The notes: generated by a model from the sequence alone, not told the origin. 64,000 nucleotides of DNA from Octopus sinensis (GCF_006345805.1 NC_043019.1:31371360-31435359), one strand, 5' to 3'; numbered from the stretch's first letter, positions 1-13,633 are shown. A program made the numbers and translations.

Positions 1-55
1 GCCAGCTTGCCACCTTATCAGGGAAACATGGAAGGGGTTCATAATAATATTGGTC

Positions 56-265
56 TCAAATTTTGACACAAAGCCAGCAAGTTCGGGGGAGGAAGTAAGT
101 CGACTTCATTGACCCCAGTAGACATCTGGTACTTATTTTATCAATCCTGGAAGTATGAAAGGCAAAGTCAACCTCAGCACAATTTGAACTCAGAATGTAA
201 AGATAGATGACATGCTGTTTAGCATTTTTCCAGGCATGCTAATGATTCTGCCAGCCTGACGCCTT
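56..265 (-). mobile_element. SINE family B (tRNA-like head plus Deu/Nin-like central domain), diverged copy
   Basis: Reverse complement of GAGCTGGCAGAAT..GTTCTGAGTTCAAATT..GCCTTTCATCC..AAGTACCAG..GGGGTCGAT, seen at more than 10 sites in the window. Confidence 0.8.
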
Positions 266-714
266 CGTTTTTCTCAGATATTGGTAGTCAGATGTTAAAA
301 ACAAAAAAAAAAACGTGGTGAGGAAAAAAAAGGGGGGGAAAAACCAAAAATAGTGTAAAGGAAACAGAAGAAAACAAATTTAGAAAATAAAACAGGAATT
401 TCACATAGAACAAAACAAAAAAAAAAGAAAAAAAAGGAAAAAACATGTGTATGAGGTTGTGGGTGGGTTGGGTGGTCCAAGTGAATGAAAGCTTTCTGTC
501 GATGAGAGAGAAAAAACACAAATGATTAGTATATGTCCTTAGATGAAAAATTTGTTCTGAAATTGGAAGCAAGTAAGAAATGTAAACTCCAAGACAGGAA
601 TCTGAAACTAAACTTTCAATAATATGACACTTCCCGTTATCACAGTTGGAATGGAATAAAGATCCTCTTCGACATCGTTATTAAATGAATCAGCAGAGGG
701 AATTAACCCTTGGT

Positions 715-1140
715 GGTGGTTGTGATTGTAGTGTTATTGCTGATAGTATTGTTGTTGTTGGTAGTAGTGGCATCGATGATGATGTTGTTGATGAAAGTTG
801 TGGTGGTAGTGGCAATGGTGGTGGTGGTGGTGGTGGTGATGGTTTTGACAGTGGTGGTCTTGTTGACAATATTGGTAGTGTGTTGGTGGTTGTGGCGGCG
901 CTGGCAGTTGTGGTGTTATTGTTGAAAGTGGTGGTGGTGGTGGTGGTGGTTTCGGCAGCAGTGGTGGTGCTGGTTGTGAAGTTATTGCTGATTGATGTTG
1001 TTGATGGTGGTCTTGATCGTGTAGTTGATGGTAATAGTTTGGTGCTATCGATGATGGTGATAGTAATTGTGTTGTTGGTGGTGGTGGTTTCAGTGGTAGT
1101 GGTGGTAATCGTGTTGATTGTGTTGGAAGTGGTGGTGGAG
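715..1140. repeat. Degenerate (GGT/GTT/GAT)n trinucleotide microsatellite
   Basis: Directly visible; explains the Val/Gly-rich ORF 685-1215. Confidence 0.9.
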
Positions 1141-1164
1141 CCATGTGTCTTTGCATCGGTGTTT

Positions 1165-1360
1165 GTCCCCTACCACTGCTTAACAACTGGTGTTGGTTTG
1201 TTTACACCCCTGTGACTAACTGGTTAAGCAAAAGAGACTGTTAGATTAAGTACCAGTACTTAAAGATATAAGTTCTGGTGTTGATTTGCTTAACTGATAT
1301 TTTCCATGAAGGTGCCCCAGGATGGGGTGTAGTCTAATGACTGAAACAGTAAAGGTTAAA
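1165..1360 (+). mobile_element. SINE family A, 3' half, diverged
   Basis: gtgtttgtcccc..gcaaaagagac..aagtac..atgactgaaaca matches the 3' half of full copies such as 13223-13633. Confidence 0.75.
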
Positions 1361-1673
1361 CAATAACAGATCCATACATACATACATACATACATACATA
1401 CATACATAAATATATATGTGTGTTTGTATTTATACATTGTCCCCATTGTCCTCCTCCTCGTCCTTATCATCATCATCATCATCATCACTTCCCTGCTGGC
1501 ACAGATTTGATAGAATGTTTTATTGCTGGATGTACTTTTCTGCCATCAAGCCTTTTACCTGTTTCATGGGATATCCAGGTGTGTCTATTCTAAAAACTGA
1601 TATACTGTATGTATGTATATATATATATATATATGTATGTATATATACACATACACAGTTATATATAATTAGT

Positions 1674-1709
<36 letters not shown>

Positions 1710-2237
1710 TAGAAGCATTTAAACATATATATATATATATACATTTACACTTTGCATACGTACATATGTGGGTATGTACATATATATGTCTATGTATATA
1801 TATATATATATGTATATGTGTGTATGTGTGTGTGTGTGTGTGCATATATATATTGTTTTTGTTTTTTTGTTCTATACTATTATCATTACTTTTAACACAT
1901 CAGTTGCTTAGGAAAACAATGAATTCTTTTGCTGTTCCAGTTTTCCTATAATCAAACACCCATACAGGTTCTTTGAAGTTTAACTCACACTGCTATCCAC
2001 CCTCTACACTTCCTCATTCCGCTCCCCACTAGTAGTTGCTCCGGAAACAATCCACCCACATAGATTTTCCCCTGCGATCACTGGTGGTTTAATGTTGAAA
2101 TCAATAAGTTCAATTTTTTTTGTTAGCATTTTTATTTGTTTTAGTTTTTGCTTGTTATTTTTTCCTTAATTTTATGTATGTTTTTTTATATTGCATTCAA
2201 AAGTTATTTGTCTATTTTTTTATTTTTGTATTTTTCA

Positions 2238-2269
<32 letters not shown>

Positions 2270-2713
2270 GTAATACGTCAACAATCTGATATTGATTCCT
2301 GATTGTTTTCGTTGATTTTCTTGTTATTTAGCCACAGGCCTGACCTGATAAAGCATATTTACCATCAAAGGTGTGCTTGGCTGTGATTACGCCATCTTTT
2401 TTTATTATTTAGGCATTGTATCAATGAGTTGTCTAATGTGTCTTTTCTCCCTTGAAAATGTCAAGGTTGATTAGAGAGTTATTTGGCTGCTATATCTATC
2501 AGCTATATCTGTCAGCTATATCTTTCAGATTCCACCAAGGTTGACTTTACCTTTCATCCTTTTGGATGTGTGGGAATGAAATTTGCTCAGCTAGTGCAAA
2601 CACAAGTCCAAAGTTTTTTTACAAGCAGGGGGTCACTTTTTCAATCTAAATATCAAAACAAATACAAGTAGAACAATAATAATTATTATTATTTTTGCAC
2701 ATCATTTACAGAA

Positions 2714-3070
2714 GGTGCATGGCTTAGTAGTTAGAGTGTCAGGCTCATAATCATGAGGTAGTGAGTTTGATTCCTGGTCTGGGCTGTGTGTTATGTTCTT
2801 GAGCAAGACATTTTATTTCATGTTACTCCAGTTCACTCAGCTGTAAAAATGAATTGTGACATCACTGGTGCCAAACTGTATCAGCCTCAGCCTTTGCCTT
2901 TCCCTTGGATAACATTAGTGGCATAGAGAGGAGAGGCTGGTTTGCATGGGTGACTGTTGGTCTTCCATAAAAACAAACAACCTTGCCTGGACTTCTGCTT
3001 CAGTGGGTAACTTTCTAAGAGCAATCCCATGGTCATTCATGACCAAGGATGGTCTTTACCCTTTTACATC
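2714..3070 (+). mobile_element. SINE family C (tRNA head, CORE-like cttgagcaagaca segment)
   Basis: A-box-like TGGCTTAGTAG and B-box-like GAGTTTGATTCC; homologous to 3970-4230 and, inverted, to 63800-64000. Confidence 0.75.
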
Positions 3071-3623
3071 AATTAAATCAGATAAATCTAATAATGGAAA
3101 AGTAATGTTTAAAGTCAGTTCAAAAATGTTTTTATGTTTATTCATTCTAATGAAGTTTTTCACCAGGATGTTCAGAACGTTTATATTGTCCCACAAAAAT
3201 TCTGGGAGGTGCACTTGTACCCCTGCTTCCCAAGCTTATGTCCAGGGTCAGTAAAATAAGTACCAGTTGAGAAATGGGGTCGATGTACTTGACTTAACTA
3301 ATCCTGAGCAAAGATTATAAAACTGCTATACTCAGCCAGTGCAGTAGAGTAGGCTCATCAAACCAGTATGATCTCAGGCTCAGATTCACAGCCTCCACAT
3401 CAAGTTGTGGCTGGAGAAGAAAACATGCTGAGGCCTTTGTCCTGTAGTGGACTGAACATAGGTGATCAAACCCAATCCAATCTGTTCATTAAGAAACAAT
3501 TTTAGAGGTTCCCTAATTAAATTTTCATTAGAATATTCACATTCTTCTAATAAGTATCATTTCTTTTCTACTTCCTTTTACCTTGCTTCTTACTCTACTT
3601 TGATGAACTGTGTTCATTTAAAC

Positions 3624-3878
3624 CAGTGGTTCCCAACCATTTTTTTTGTTTTACCTATGGACCCCTTTGATTCCTATTTTACTCACATGGACCTTCATAG
3701 CTATTTGATGCTTAAAAAGTCCTGTAATATTTTCAGAATTAAATATTACAGGGAATTGTATAAAAACTGTTAAAATATTTTGTGCTTAGTAGAAGTATAA
3801 TCAGTTTATTGCTCCTTTTAACAACAAAATCTCATATGGATCCCCAAGGGTCATATGGACCCTAGTTAAGAACCACTG
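3624..3878. mobile_element. hAT/Charlie-type MITE
   Basis: TIRs CAGTGGTTCCCAAC / GTTAAGAACCACTG; 8-bp TSD ATTTAAAC vs ATTTAAAG. Confidence 0.85.
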
Positions 3879-3969
3879 ATTTAAAGCATCAATCTACTCC
3901 TTTTCCTTTTTTTTTTTGTTTTTCTGTTTGCACATTACTATGCTCTTTCTATCTCACTTCTTGTGAAGA

Positions 3970-4230
3970 GATGCATGGCTTAGTGGTTATGGTATTTAGC
4001 TCATAACTGTAAGGTCATGAGTTTAATACCTGGCTGTGCATAGTGTTCTTCAGCAAGACACTTTATTTCATATTACTCGAGTCCACTCAGCTGGCAAAAA
4101 TGAGTTGCAACTGTAATTCAAAGGGCTAATTTTGAAACACTCAGTATCATGCTGAATCTCCCCGAGAAATATATTAAGGTTAAGCATGTCTGTGGAGTGC
4201 TCAGCCACACTTGCATGTTAATATCATGAG
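3970..4230 (+). mobile_element. SINE family C copy
   Basis: Same head and CORE-like block as 2714-3070. Confidence 0.7.
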
Positions 4231-4892
4231 CAGGGAGCAATGTCTGAACTCTAGGGTGAGTGAGAGATAGTTTGATGCCAGTCTTTGTCAAGTAGTTGGC
4301 TACCAGGATAGGATCATGGACTGAAGCATTGTCTTGGTGCAGGTGCTACCAGAGTGAAAGAGGTTTGACCTTTTGTGACAAAATCTTTTCTTGAACTCCC
4401 TCAAAATCTCCACAAAGTATTCTTTGTTGATTGTCTGACCAGAGGCAAGCCAGTGGGTGTAGCTGATGCCCTTGCTGTCAAAACAGGGAATCATTATGAG
4501 CTTCCTGAGGAACTTGCTTTGCCTGGATGCTTGTGCCAGTGAAAAACAAATGCTTGGCTCATACAGCTTAATCCATAAACAGTCTGGAGAATTTCATAAG
4601 TTTCTGTGGCATTTTTGCCCAGTTCAACACAAAACGTTATTACATGGTAAGCTTACAAAGCCTACAAATTGTCTTTACATCCTGACTGCATTCTGTCAAC
4701 TCATCAGCTATAAAAAATGTTAAGCAAGGTGTGCTAAAAGTGCTATTACAGCCATCTTCTTCAATCTAAAATAACAAAAAGTGGCAGGTCAGCTTATTAG
4801 ATCTATTATAATAATTTATTTAAATTACCATAATCTATAAGTTATAACTTTCTCTCCTCAAAAAGTCTCAAAACTTCTGGAATGCTCCTTGT
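4231..4892 (-). pseudogene. Decayed mariner (DD34D-type) transposase fragment
   Basis: Minus frames give FDSKGISYTHW..GQTINKEYFVEILREFKKRF and, after a frameshift, HLHQDNASVH; TIR-like end at 4862-4892. Confidence 0.85.
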
Positions 4893-5244
4893 GCACATTC
4901 CAGTGTTTGTGTGTGTGATTATCATCATTATCATCATTGTTATCATCATCTTTTAAAATCCATTTTCTATGCTGGTTCGACCACTTAACTCAATATATAT
5001 ATTTTTTTCATTCTCTCTCTATTTATTTCCTCTTATTCCTTTCTGTCAAAGAGCATTGGCTCAAAATATAAAAGACTTTTCCATTTTTCCCCGAGCTTCA
5101 AGCTAATACACTTGCTTGTAGTTACTACACCTGCTTTTGTCTTTGTTTTTATATAAATTTGAACCATGCGTGTGTGTGTGCATGCGTGTGTGTGTGTGCG
5201 TGCGTGTGTGTGTGCATGTGTGTGTGTGTGTTTGTGTGTGTATG

Positions 5245-5889
5245 AACAGCTATGCTACATGGCAGTGAGACATAGGCTGAGTCTACTGAGGATATGCAAT
5301 GGCGTGAAAGAAATAAAGCCAGTATGCTTTGCCGGACGGGCAGTGTTAGTGTGCATATACAATAGAGTGTAAGTGATGTGAGAGAAAGATTGAATATATG
5401 TAGCATCAGGTGTGGTGTGCAAGAGAGAAGGTTGTGCTGGTATGTCCATGTAATGTGTAGAGGGAACATATGAAAGGGGTAGACCCAGGAAGTCATGCGA
5501 CAAAGTGGTGAGAAAGGATATACAGATGTTGGGACTCACAGAGGGGGGTGATCGAAACTCCTGGTGGTTTACTGTGCCCGAAAAGATATGTCAAGCTAAG
5601 TAAAAGAGTGGTTTCACTTTCATACAGGCTCGTACCCTGCAGCCCTCCCCTGCTGAGCATCCCTAATCTTGTGGGCTCATAGGTGCCAGTGCTGTGTAAA
5701 AGCATTCAGTACACTCTCTTAAGTGGTTGGTATTAGGAAGGGCATCATCCAACCAGAGAAACCATGCCGAAACAGACAGGGAGCTTGAGCAGCTCTTCAG
5801 CCAGTCAGCTCCTGTCAAACCCTCCAACTCATGCCAGCATGGAAAACAGACGTTATGTGATGATGACATTATGTGATGATGATGATGAG
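5245..5889 (+). mobile_element. RTE-clade LINE, 5'-truncated 3' end with (GAT)n tail
   Basis: TAMLHGSET*A..ERRLCWYVHVM..RGRPRKS with stops, followed by the common tail ggaagggcatc..ccatgccagcatggaaaa..gatgatgat. Confidence 0.85.
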
Positions 5890-6212
5890 GATATATATAT
5901 TGTTATCATCCAAACAAGAGGAGCAATAGGAGAAATGCAGTTGAAAATGCATATAGAATGAATTAGAATTAACTAAAATTCAATTATATTCCAAAATATT
6001 GGAATATATTTGACCAGTTTCCGAATAGATTTTCAAAGGCATATAAGGTGCTATGTCATGAATTATGTCTATTCTGGACATCGTTGTATATGATTATATA
6101 TTAATATAGAGAGCTTTTGATTGTTAGCCGCAAGGTTTTATCTCTAAACGCTACACTTTTATGATTATAACTTATTTTGTACGTATACTAATATATATAT
6201 GTATATATTATG

Positions 6213-6258
<46 letters not shown>

Positions 6259-6617
6259 GTATGTGTGTGTGTGGTGTGCAACTTTTAAAGACAGCTGATA
6301 AATAGGAAAATAACTTGTAAACATTGGTTTGGTTCAAGGTATATTTGCTTTGTGAAGAGAATCACTTTAGAATTTGACAAGTAGTAAAGCTGTAAAATTC
6401 TTTCATCTGTTTCAAATCATACTAACAATGAAAACAAAAACAGACGATATTAAGGGGTTTATCATAAACATCATATAGTATTAATAGAATCTCTTTGACA
6501 GCTATTTGAATTGGCTTAAGAAAAATATTGCTTTTTATTTTTTTCTTTCTTTTTCTGTTTTCTTTTTCTTTTTCAGTTTCGATATCTTCTCGCTCTGTTG
6601 TTACATTCTCTTTCTCT

Positions 6618-7022
6618 TTCTCACCTTTATCATCATCATGATCATGATGATGATCATCATCAGCATTGTCATCGTCGTCATCATAGAGGTCATCATCATC
6701 ATCATCTCATCATCATCATTGTAGTTATTTTTATCATCATCATCTTCATCATCATCATCATCATCTTCATCATCATCAACATCATTATCATCACCACCAA
6801 CATCATCATCATCTTCATCATCATCAACATCATTATCATCATCATCATCCTCATCATCATCATCCTCATCATCATCATTTCATCATCATCATCATCATCA
6901 TCATCTCATCTCATCATCATCATCATCATCATCATCATCAACATCATTATCATCACCACCATTATCATTATCATCATCATTGTAGTTATTTTTATCATCA
7001 TCATCATTATTATTATTATTTA
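6618..7022. repeat. (CAT)n/(ATT)n microsatellite
   Basis: Directly visible. Confidence 0.95.
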
Positions 7023-10000
7023 TTATTTGCATTTTTCTTCTAGGTATTCTTCTTTCTTATGGAAGAATAATCTATTTAAGAACTGTTTAGCCATTCAAAT
7101 TCTTGCATTGTGAGAAATTCAACAGATTTCGTTGGCGCTATTAAATCTCAATGAGAAACATTTGTGCAACTCAATGTGTCTGTGTGTGTATGCATGTGTG
7201 TATATACACATGTATGTGTGTGTGCAGAATGTGCATACATGTGTGTATGTGTGTGTGTGTGTGCACACTTGTTCGGAAGATTCTGCCTGACAATGAAAAG
7301 CCAGAAATTTTTTTTTTAAAAATCAATCATTTAGGCATATCTAATCTGAAATTGTCCATTCTTTTGTCGTCATTGCTTCAAAATTGCTGACTCGAATGCA
7401 AATCTGAATGAACATCCTTCCTTGGGAGAAACCAAATTTTGTTGGACTATTATGTGAGGACAATAGAAGCTGATTCTGAAAAACATTATTATTATTATTA
7501 TTATTATTATTTGTGCCTATAGTAAAAAGGATTATAATTATTATTGTTGTTATTACTATTATTAATACCATCATCATCATCGTCATCATCATTGTCATCA
7601 TTATTATTGTTGTTATTGCTGTTGTTGTTATCATTACGTTTGACTCTCCTGGTGTGGTGATGTTTTTGCTTCTCCCTTTGAGACACGGTTTATTCAAGCA
7701 TTACAAAACGAAATTTTCATTGGAGTACTTGTAAAAAGAATGCTATAATTTCCTAAGGGAGGGGGCCAGCCCTTCAACACCTAGGAGTAGACAACAGGAC
7801 AAAAAGAAGTTTGTTTCAGAAAACTTTTGAAATTATATTTACACGCATGAATTTCTACATCTATAATGGCTGCTGTACATGACAAAACTACAATAACTAT
7901 AAAAAGGAACAACAGAAAACCAAGAGACACAACTAAATGTACAAAAGAAAGAAGAAAATGAACAATACAATGAGCAATTAACAGGTGATTTTTCACAAAT
8001 AAATAATTTGGAAGAGAGCAACAGTAAAAAGCTTTCTACTATGGGACACAAGGCCTGAATTGAGGGAAGAGGGTAAGTTCATTATAGTGACTCCAGTGCT
8101 TGACTAGACTGGTACTTATTTTATCAATCCCAAAAGGATGAGAGGTAAAGCCCGTTTTTTTTTTCTTTTTTTTTTACATTGGAGAACTTGTAAAAGGAAA
8201 ACTATAATTTCCTAAGGGAGGAGGCCAGCCTTTCAACACCCAGGAGTAGACAAAAAAATAAATAAATAAATAAAATGAAAGGCAAAGTTGACCTCGGTGG
8301 AATTTCTACTCAGAACATACAGATGCATGAAATGCCACTAAGCATTTTGTCCAGTGTGCTAACAATTCTGCTAGCCTTAAAGTGACAGAGATAACAGCAA
8401 AAATAATAGTTACACCAGGCAAAAAGTTCACTGTCTTAACAACAACAACAATAATAACAACTATCAAACACAATTCCAGATACTGTTATTTGCTTTATAT
8501 GCACTGGCAAACCATTGGTTATGTTGATGAGCGTTCCAGTTGATCCAATCAATGGAACAGCCTGCTCATGAAATTAACGTGCATTCGGCATGGGTATTCT
8601 TAATGTAGTTCACAGGGAGATTCAGCATGACACAGAATGGAACAAGGACAGCCCTTTGAAATCCGAGTACTACTCATTTTTGCCAGCTGAGTGGACTGGA
8701 ACAACATGAAATAAAGTGTCTTGCTCAAGGACACAAAGTACCACTGGGTATTGAACTCACGACTTTATGATTGTGAGCTGAGTACTCTAACCACTAAGCT
8801 ACATACCTTATATACTAGCCATTATGATAGGATGATTTTTGGATCTATTACAGCTTCAAGAAAACAAAAGCAAAAAAAAAAAAAAATACAGGAGACAAGT
8901 ATTTTTTTGATTGCAGGAGATAATCAAGAGTTGGAAAGGTATTGTAATTGATGTGGTAATGGTGAGATTGGAACTTGACTAATTCCTCACTGTGAAATAT
9001 ATAGGCTGCATCAGAGCTAAGGCATGTGATCTATGATATGAAGGAGTGAAAGCTGCTCAGTGGGCCTGAGTGTCAGAGGCACAATGTAGCAACAAAGTGG
9101 AAATTTGATCTTTGTTGGACCATGATGCATACATGTGTTTTGATCCAAAGTAAATGCTGTACATTGCTAAAAAATTCAGGATGACTTGCAGGGATGGACT
9201 TCGATGCCTTTTTTGATAACCTGTCAAGGAAGGTTGCTAGAAATAGAAGCCAAATGTCCCCTTAACTCTCTCTTTTGAAAAGAAAACACATTGGCAAACA
9301 CATGGAATAATATAACTCTAGACATACTTTTCAAATGACATAATGGTCATTGCTGTAAAGCCTTTGGTCATATATCAGCACAATCAGAGCTAACTTCTGG
9401 CCAAGCAGCAGCAACCAATAGCAATCTGATTTTGCTTTAGTAAATCCACTTATGGCACCTTTATAAATGTTTGAAAGCCGTATTTAATTTCAGAGAAATG
9501 CCTCTCTGTTGTTCAGTTAATAATTATTAGCTGGAATGCATTTCAAACTCTAATGAGGAACAACTATTCTTTCAGAATTTCAAAGGCCTGCCATACATTT
9601 CTTCAGTATTCCCAGAAGTTAACATCTCACTCTTTCTTTCTCTTTATCTTTCTCCCTCTCTCTCTTGCTCTCTCTTTCTCTCTCTCTCTATTTCTATTTC
9701 TCTCACTGTCTCTTTCAGCCCCCCATTGCTTTAACATACAACTGGACACTTTCAGTTTTTCATTTGACTCGATGGTGCATTGGCATTTGGAAATCATTCC
9801 ATTCAATTCAATGGGGTGAGAGGTGAGGTTCCTAAAGCTATTTATCAAAGCACTATTAATTCTTCATGGATGATTAAGAGAGCACATGATGCTTTCTATC
9901 CATTAAAAAGCTCAAGATGGATGCTTCGCTGTCTTCTAAACATATTTATAAATTCCTATGAACCAGTATTAATTGGCAGGAAATCATGGTAAGAGAAATA

Positions 10001-10173
10001 CTTGCAAAGATATTCTGTTAGTATTTTTCCTTTCTGAATTTCCAACAAAGAGCCTTGTTGGAACCATTTTTTAACGAATGAGTCTTTATGTAAATGAGCA
10101 TTTGATGTCTTAAGAATATTTTGATAATTGAGCATTATTAGGAATTGTATTAAAAATGATACATAAAATAGGT

Positions 10174-10333
10174 GCAGGAGTGGTTGTGTGGTAAATAGCT
10201 TGCTTACCAACCTCATGGTTCTGGGCTCAGTCCCACTGTGTGACACCATGGGTGAATGTCCTCTACTATAGACTCGGACCAGCCAAAGCCTTGTGAGTGA
10301 ATTTGTTAGATAGAAACTGAAAGAAGCCCGTTG

Positions 10334-10364
<31 letters not shown>

Positions 10365-10563
10365 TTGTCCCTCCACCATTGCTTGACAATTGATGCTGGT
10401 GTGTTTACGTCCCCATAACATTAGTGATTCAGCAAAAGAGACTGATAGAATAAGTACAAGGCTTACAAAGAATGAATCCTGGGGTAGATTTGTTCAACTG
10501 TAGGCAGTGTTCCAGCATAGCCACAGTCAAATGACTGAAACAAATAAAAGAGTAAAGGAGTAA
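10174..10563 (+). mobile_element. SINE family A, full length
   Basis: Pol III A box TGGTTGTGTGG, B-box-like GGCTCAGTCCC, internal (TA)(TG) tract, tail gactgaaac-(aaaagagt)n. Confidence 0.9.
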
Positions 10564-10980
10564 ACATATGTGTATATGTCAAACTGAAAATAGCACTCTG
10601 TCAGTTATGATGACCAGGGTTCCTGTTGATCTGATCAATGGAACAGCCTGCTTCTGAAATTGACGTGAAAGTGGCTGAGCACTCCACAGACATGCATATT
10701 CTTCATGTAGTTCTCAGAGAGATTCAGTGTGACACAGAATGTGACATGACTGGCTCTTTGATATACTGGTACTACCCATTTTTACCAGAGCTATAATAGG
10801 AGACATTTGCTCAAGGTGCTGCCAGCTCAGCACCTTAACAACAGCAATAATTACACCTCTTACACAATTCCAAATACTGTAATTTGCTTATATGCCCTGG
10901 CAATCCATTGGCTATGTTGACGAATGTTCTAGTTAATCCAATCAATAGAACAACTTGCTTGTGGAATTAACATTATAAGT

Positions 10981-11148
10981 GCAGGAGTGGCTGTGTGGTA
11001 AATAGCTTGCTTACCAACCACATGGTGCTGGGTTCATTCCCACTGCATGGCACCCTGGGCAAGTGTCTTCTACTATAGCCTCGGACCGACCAAAGCCTTG
11101 TGAGTGGATTTGGTAGACAGAAACTGAAAGAAGCCCGTCGTATATATG

Positions 11149-11184
<36 letters not shown>

Positions 11185-11397
11185 CATATGTTTGTGTGTC
11201 TGTGTTTGTCTCCCTAACATTGCTTGACAACCAATGGTGGTGTGTTTACGTCCCTGTAACTTAGCGGTTTGGCAAAAGAGACTGATAGAATAAGTACTAG
11301 GCTTCCAAATAATAAGTCTTGGGTCGATTTGCTCAATTAAAGGTGATGCTCCAGCATGGCCACAGTCAAATGACTGAAACAAGTAAAAGTAAAAGTA
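10981..11397 (+). mobile_element. SINE family A, full length, inserted into an inverted family C element
   Basis: Flanks gtggaattaacatt | ggaagcagctgagc continue the sequence seen uninterrupted at 10650-10690. Confidence 0.9.
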
Positions 11398-11899
11398 TGG
11401 AAGCAGCTGAGCAATTCACAGACATGGTTATTCTTAATGTAGTTCTTGGGGCATTTCAATGACACAGAAGTGATAAGACTGGCCCTATGAATTTCAGGTA
11501 CAACTCATTTTTGCCAGAGCTATAGTAGGCGAACTCGCTCAAGGTGCTGCACATTAGAACTGAACCTCAAAACACATGGTTGAAAATGAAAATCAAGTCT
11601 CTTAACCACACAACCATGCCTGCACTTCCACAGTTTTCTCTAAAAAAATTTTCTATTAACATTCTCTCATAAGTTTGATCTTCACTCAATGGAATATGAA
11701 AGATACTATCTATAACATTTCATTTTAAAAGCCATTATTTTTTTTTCTCTCATTTTCAACATCTAAGCTCCATAATTCACACCCATAAAGTGCAGTTGAA
11801 ATAACTGTTGCGAAAATTCTTTAAAAAAAAAAAGAAGAATTTTTACTGTTATTGAAATTCTTTTTAATGTTCCAATCAATTGCATTTTGGTGAAACCAA

Positions 11900-12400
11900 T
11901 GTAGCTATTGCAATTCAGCATTTTGTTCCCTTCTTTAACCTCCCATCTTTCATCATTATTTGTTCTTCTCAAATATTTAAATTCATAAACATGTTTGTGA
12001 ATTCTCCCTATTATTTTCAATAGGAGCAACTATTTTTTTTGTGACTTGTTCTCATTATTTTGCCTTTTATTTTCAAACCCATCTTTTCATTCTGTATTTG
12101 CATGCTGCAATATCAAGACACATTGTTTAGTTTTTGTTCAAGTTCCTCATTGTTTTACCAAATCAATATCAGCAGCAAAACAAGAGAATCTGACTTCTCT
12201 ATCTCCTACATCAGCATTTGGTTCAGAAGACTTAAGTGCTTCTATCAGTATGTGTCCTAAAAACACACTGAAAAGGCTGGGTGAAAGAACACCTTCCTGC
12301 CTTATGACAACTGTTTACACCAGTAACTTGGTGAACTTTCAACCAAAGGCAGATACATTGTTGTGTTCAGTTAATGGTATTATTAGGTTTACTGTTATGT
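11900..12400 (-). pseudogene. Non-LTR (RTE-like) reverse transcriptase fragment
   Basis: Minus frame IRQEGVLSPSLFSVFL..FSCFAADIDL is a degenerate QGxxLSPxLF / FADD motif pair. Confidence 0.8.
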
Positions 12401-12487
12401 TTACTTATAAGCTGCATCACGCGCACAAAAACATACACACACACACACATACAAACACAATATATATATGTGTGTGTGTGTGTGTGT

Positions 12488-12695
12488 GCAAGGTGGAGGG
12501 CTGGCAGAATTGTTAGCACGCTGGGCAGAATGCTTAGCGGCATTTTGTCCATGAGTTCAAATTCCACTGAGATTGACTTTGCCTTTCATCACCTCAAGGT
12601 CAATAAAATAAATACCAGTTGAATACTGAGGTCGAAGAATCAACTTAACCCTTCCCCCAAAATTACTGGTCACATTCCAAAATTTGAAACCAGTA
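12488..12695 (+). mobile_element. SINE family B
   Basis: gctggcagaattgttagc..gagttcaaattcc..gactttgcctttcatc..gaggtcga. Confidence 0.85.
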
Positions 12696-13222
12696 TATAT
12701 GTATGTGTGTGTTTGTGTGTGTATGTTTGTGTGTGTCTGATTGCTCCATCTTCACAGATGATTGTCATCATGTGCTTCCTCATTATCAATGGCATTTCTG
12801 ACTTTCTATCCATGACCTCTCAGAAGACTATTCAGTCCCATTGCAGATTTGCATGGTTTTAAAAAGCATTGGTGATGGATGAAAGTGACTTAATGTGCAC
12901 TTCCAACTGGTTAGGCCTGCACATGCAGCCACTCTTTCATCACCATAGGACATTCAGTAGACGGAATGACAAATGAGGTCATCATAAAAAGACATGAGTA
13001 CAATGTGAGTACCACTCACTGAGTCTCTGTGATATTTGTTTATCAAGAAAGATAGATAAAAACCACACGAATAAAACGAATGATTATGCATGAAACAAAA
13101 AAGGCACGTAGAAACAAACAATGCACAAAGCTCTGGGGAGTATCTCCTAATTGTCATTAAATATATTAATAAAACATCTTTTCCAAACAGAATTTGGTTT
13201 TCTTTAAAAAATATAGAGATAG

Positions 13223-13633
13223 GCACAGGAGTGGCTGTGTGGTAAGTAGCTTGTTTACCAACCACATGGTTCCGGGCTCAGTCCCACTGCGTGGCACCTT
13301 GGGCAAGTGTCTTCTACTATAGCCTCGGGCCGACCAAAGCCTTGTGAGTGGATTTGGGAGACGGAAACTGAAAGAAGCCCGTCGTATATATGTATATATA
13401 TGTATGTGCGTGTATGTTTGTGTGTCTGTGTTTGTCCCCCTACCATTGCTTGACAACTGATGCTGGTGTGTTTATGTCCCCGTCACTTAGCGGTTTGGCA
13501 AAAGAGACCGATAGAATAAGTACTGGGCTTACAAAGAATAAGTCCCGGGGTCGAGTTGCTCGATTAAAGGCGGTGCTCCAGCATGGCCGCAGTCAAAATG
13601 ACTGAAACAAGTAAAAAAAGAAAAAGAGAAAGA
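13223..13633 (+). mobile_element. SINE family A, full length, young (CpGs retained)
   Basis: Near-identical to 45714, 52674 and 55123 copies. Confidence 0.92.

Noticed and set aside
685-1215. Long ORFs rich in V/G/I/H/Y/C (also 6598-7113, 14922-15307, 18365-18884, 32361-33296, 36288-36836, 39166-39586, 54398-54835 and others)
   Set aside because: They are translations of simple-sequence repeats, which lack stop codons by composition.
7870-8045. Glu/Asn-rich open stretch (ENQETQLNVQKKEENEQ..)
   Set aside because: No pyrimidine-rich acceptor or start in frame; explained by A-rich composition.
9720-9815. Exon-like segment after a (CT)n tract
   Set aside because: The acceptor strength comes from the microsatellite; two frames are open with no way to choose between them.
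10174-10250. tRNA-like heads with A/B boxes
   Set aside because: No complete cloverleaf or acceptor stem, and they continue into SINE bodies; not called as tRNA genes.
11011-11382. Recurrent ORFs with DGLLSVSVYQIHSQ / RRASFSFRLPNP (also 13166, 22263, 45706, 55109)
   Set aside because: Antisense reading of SINE family A; no protein-like conservation.
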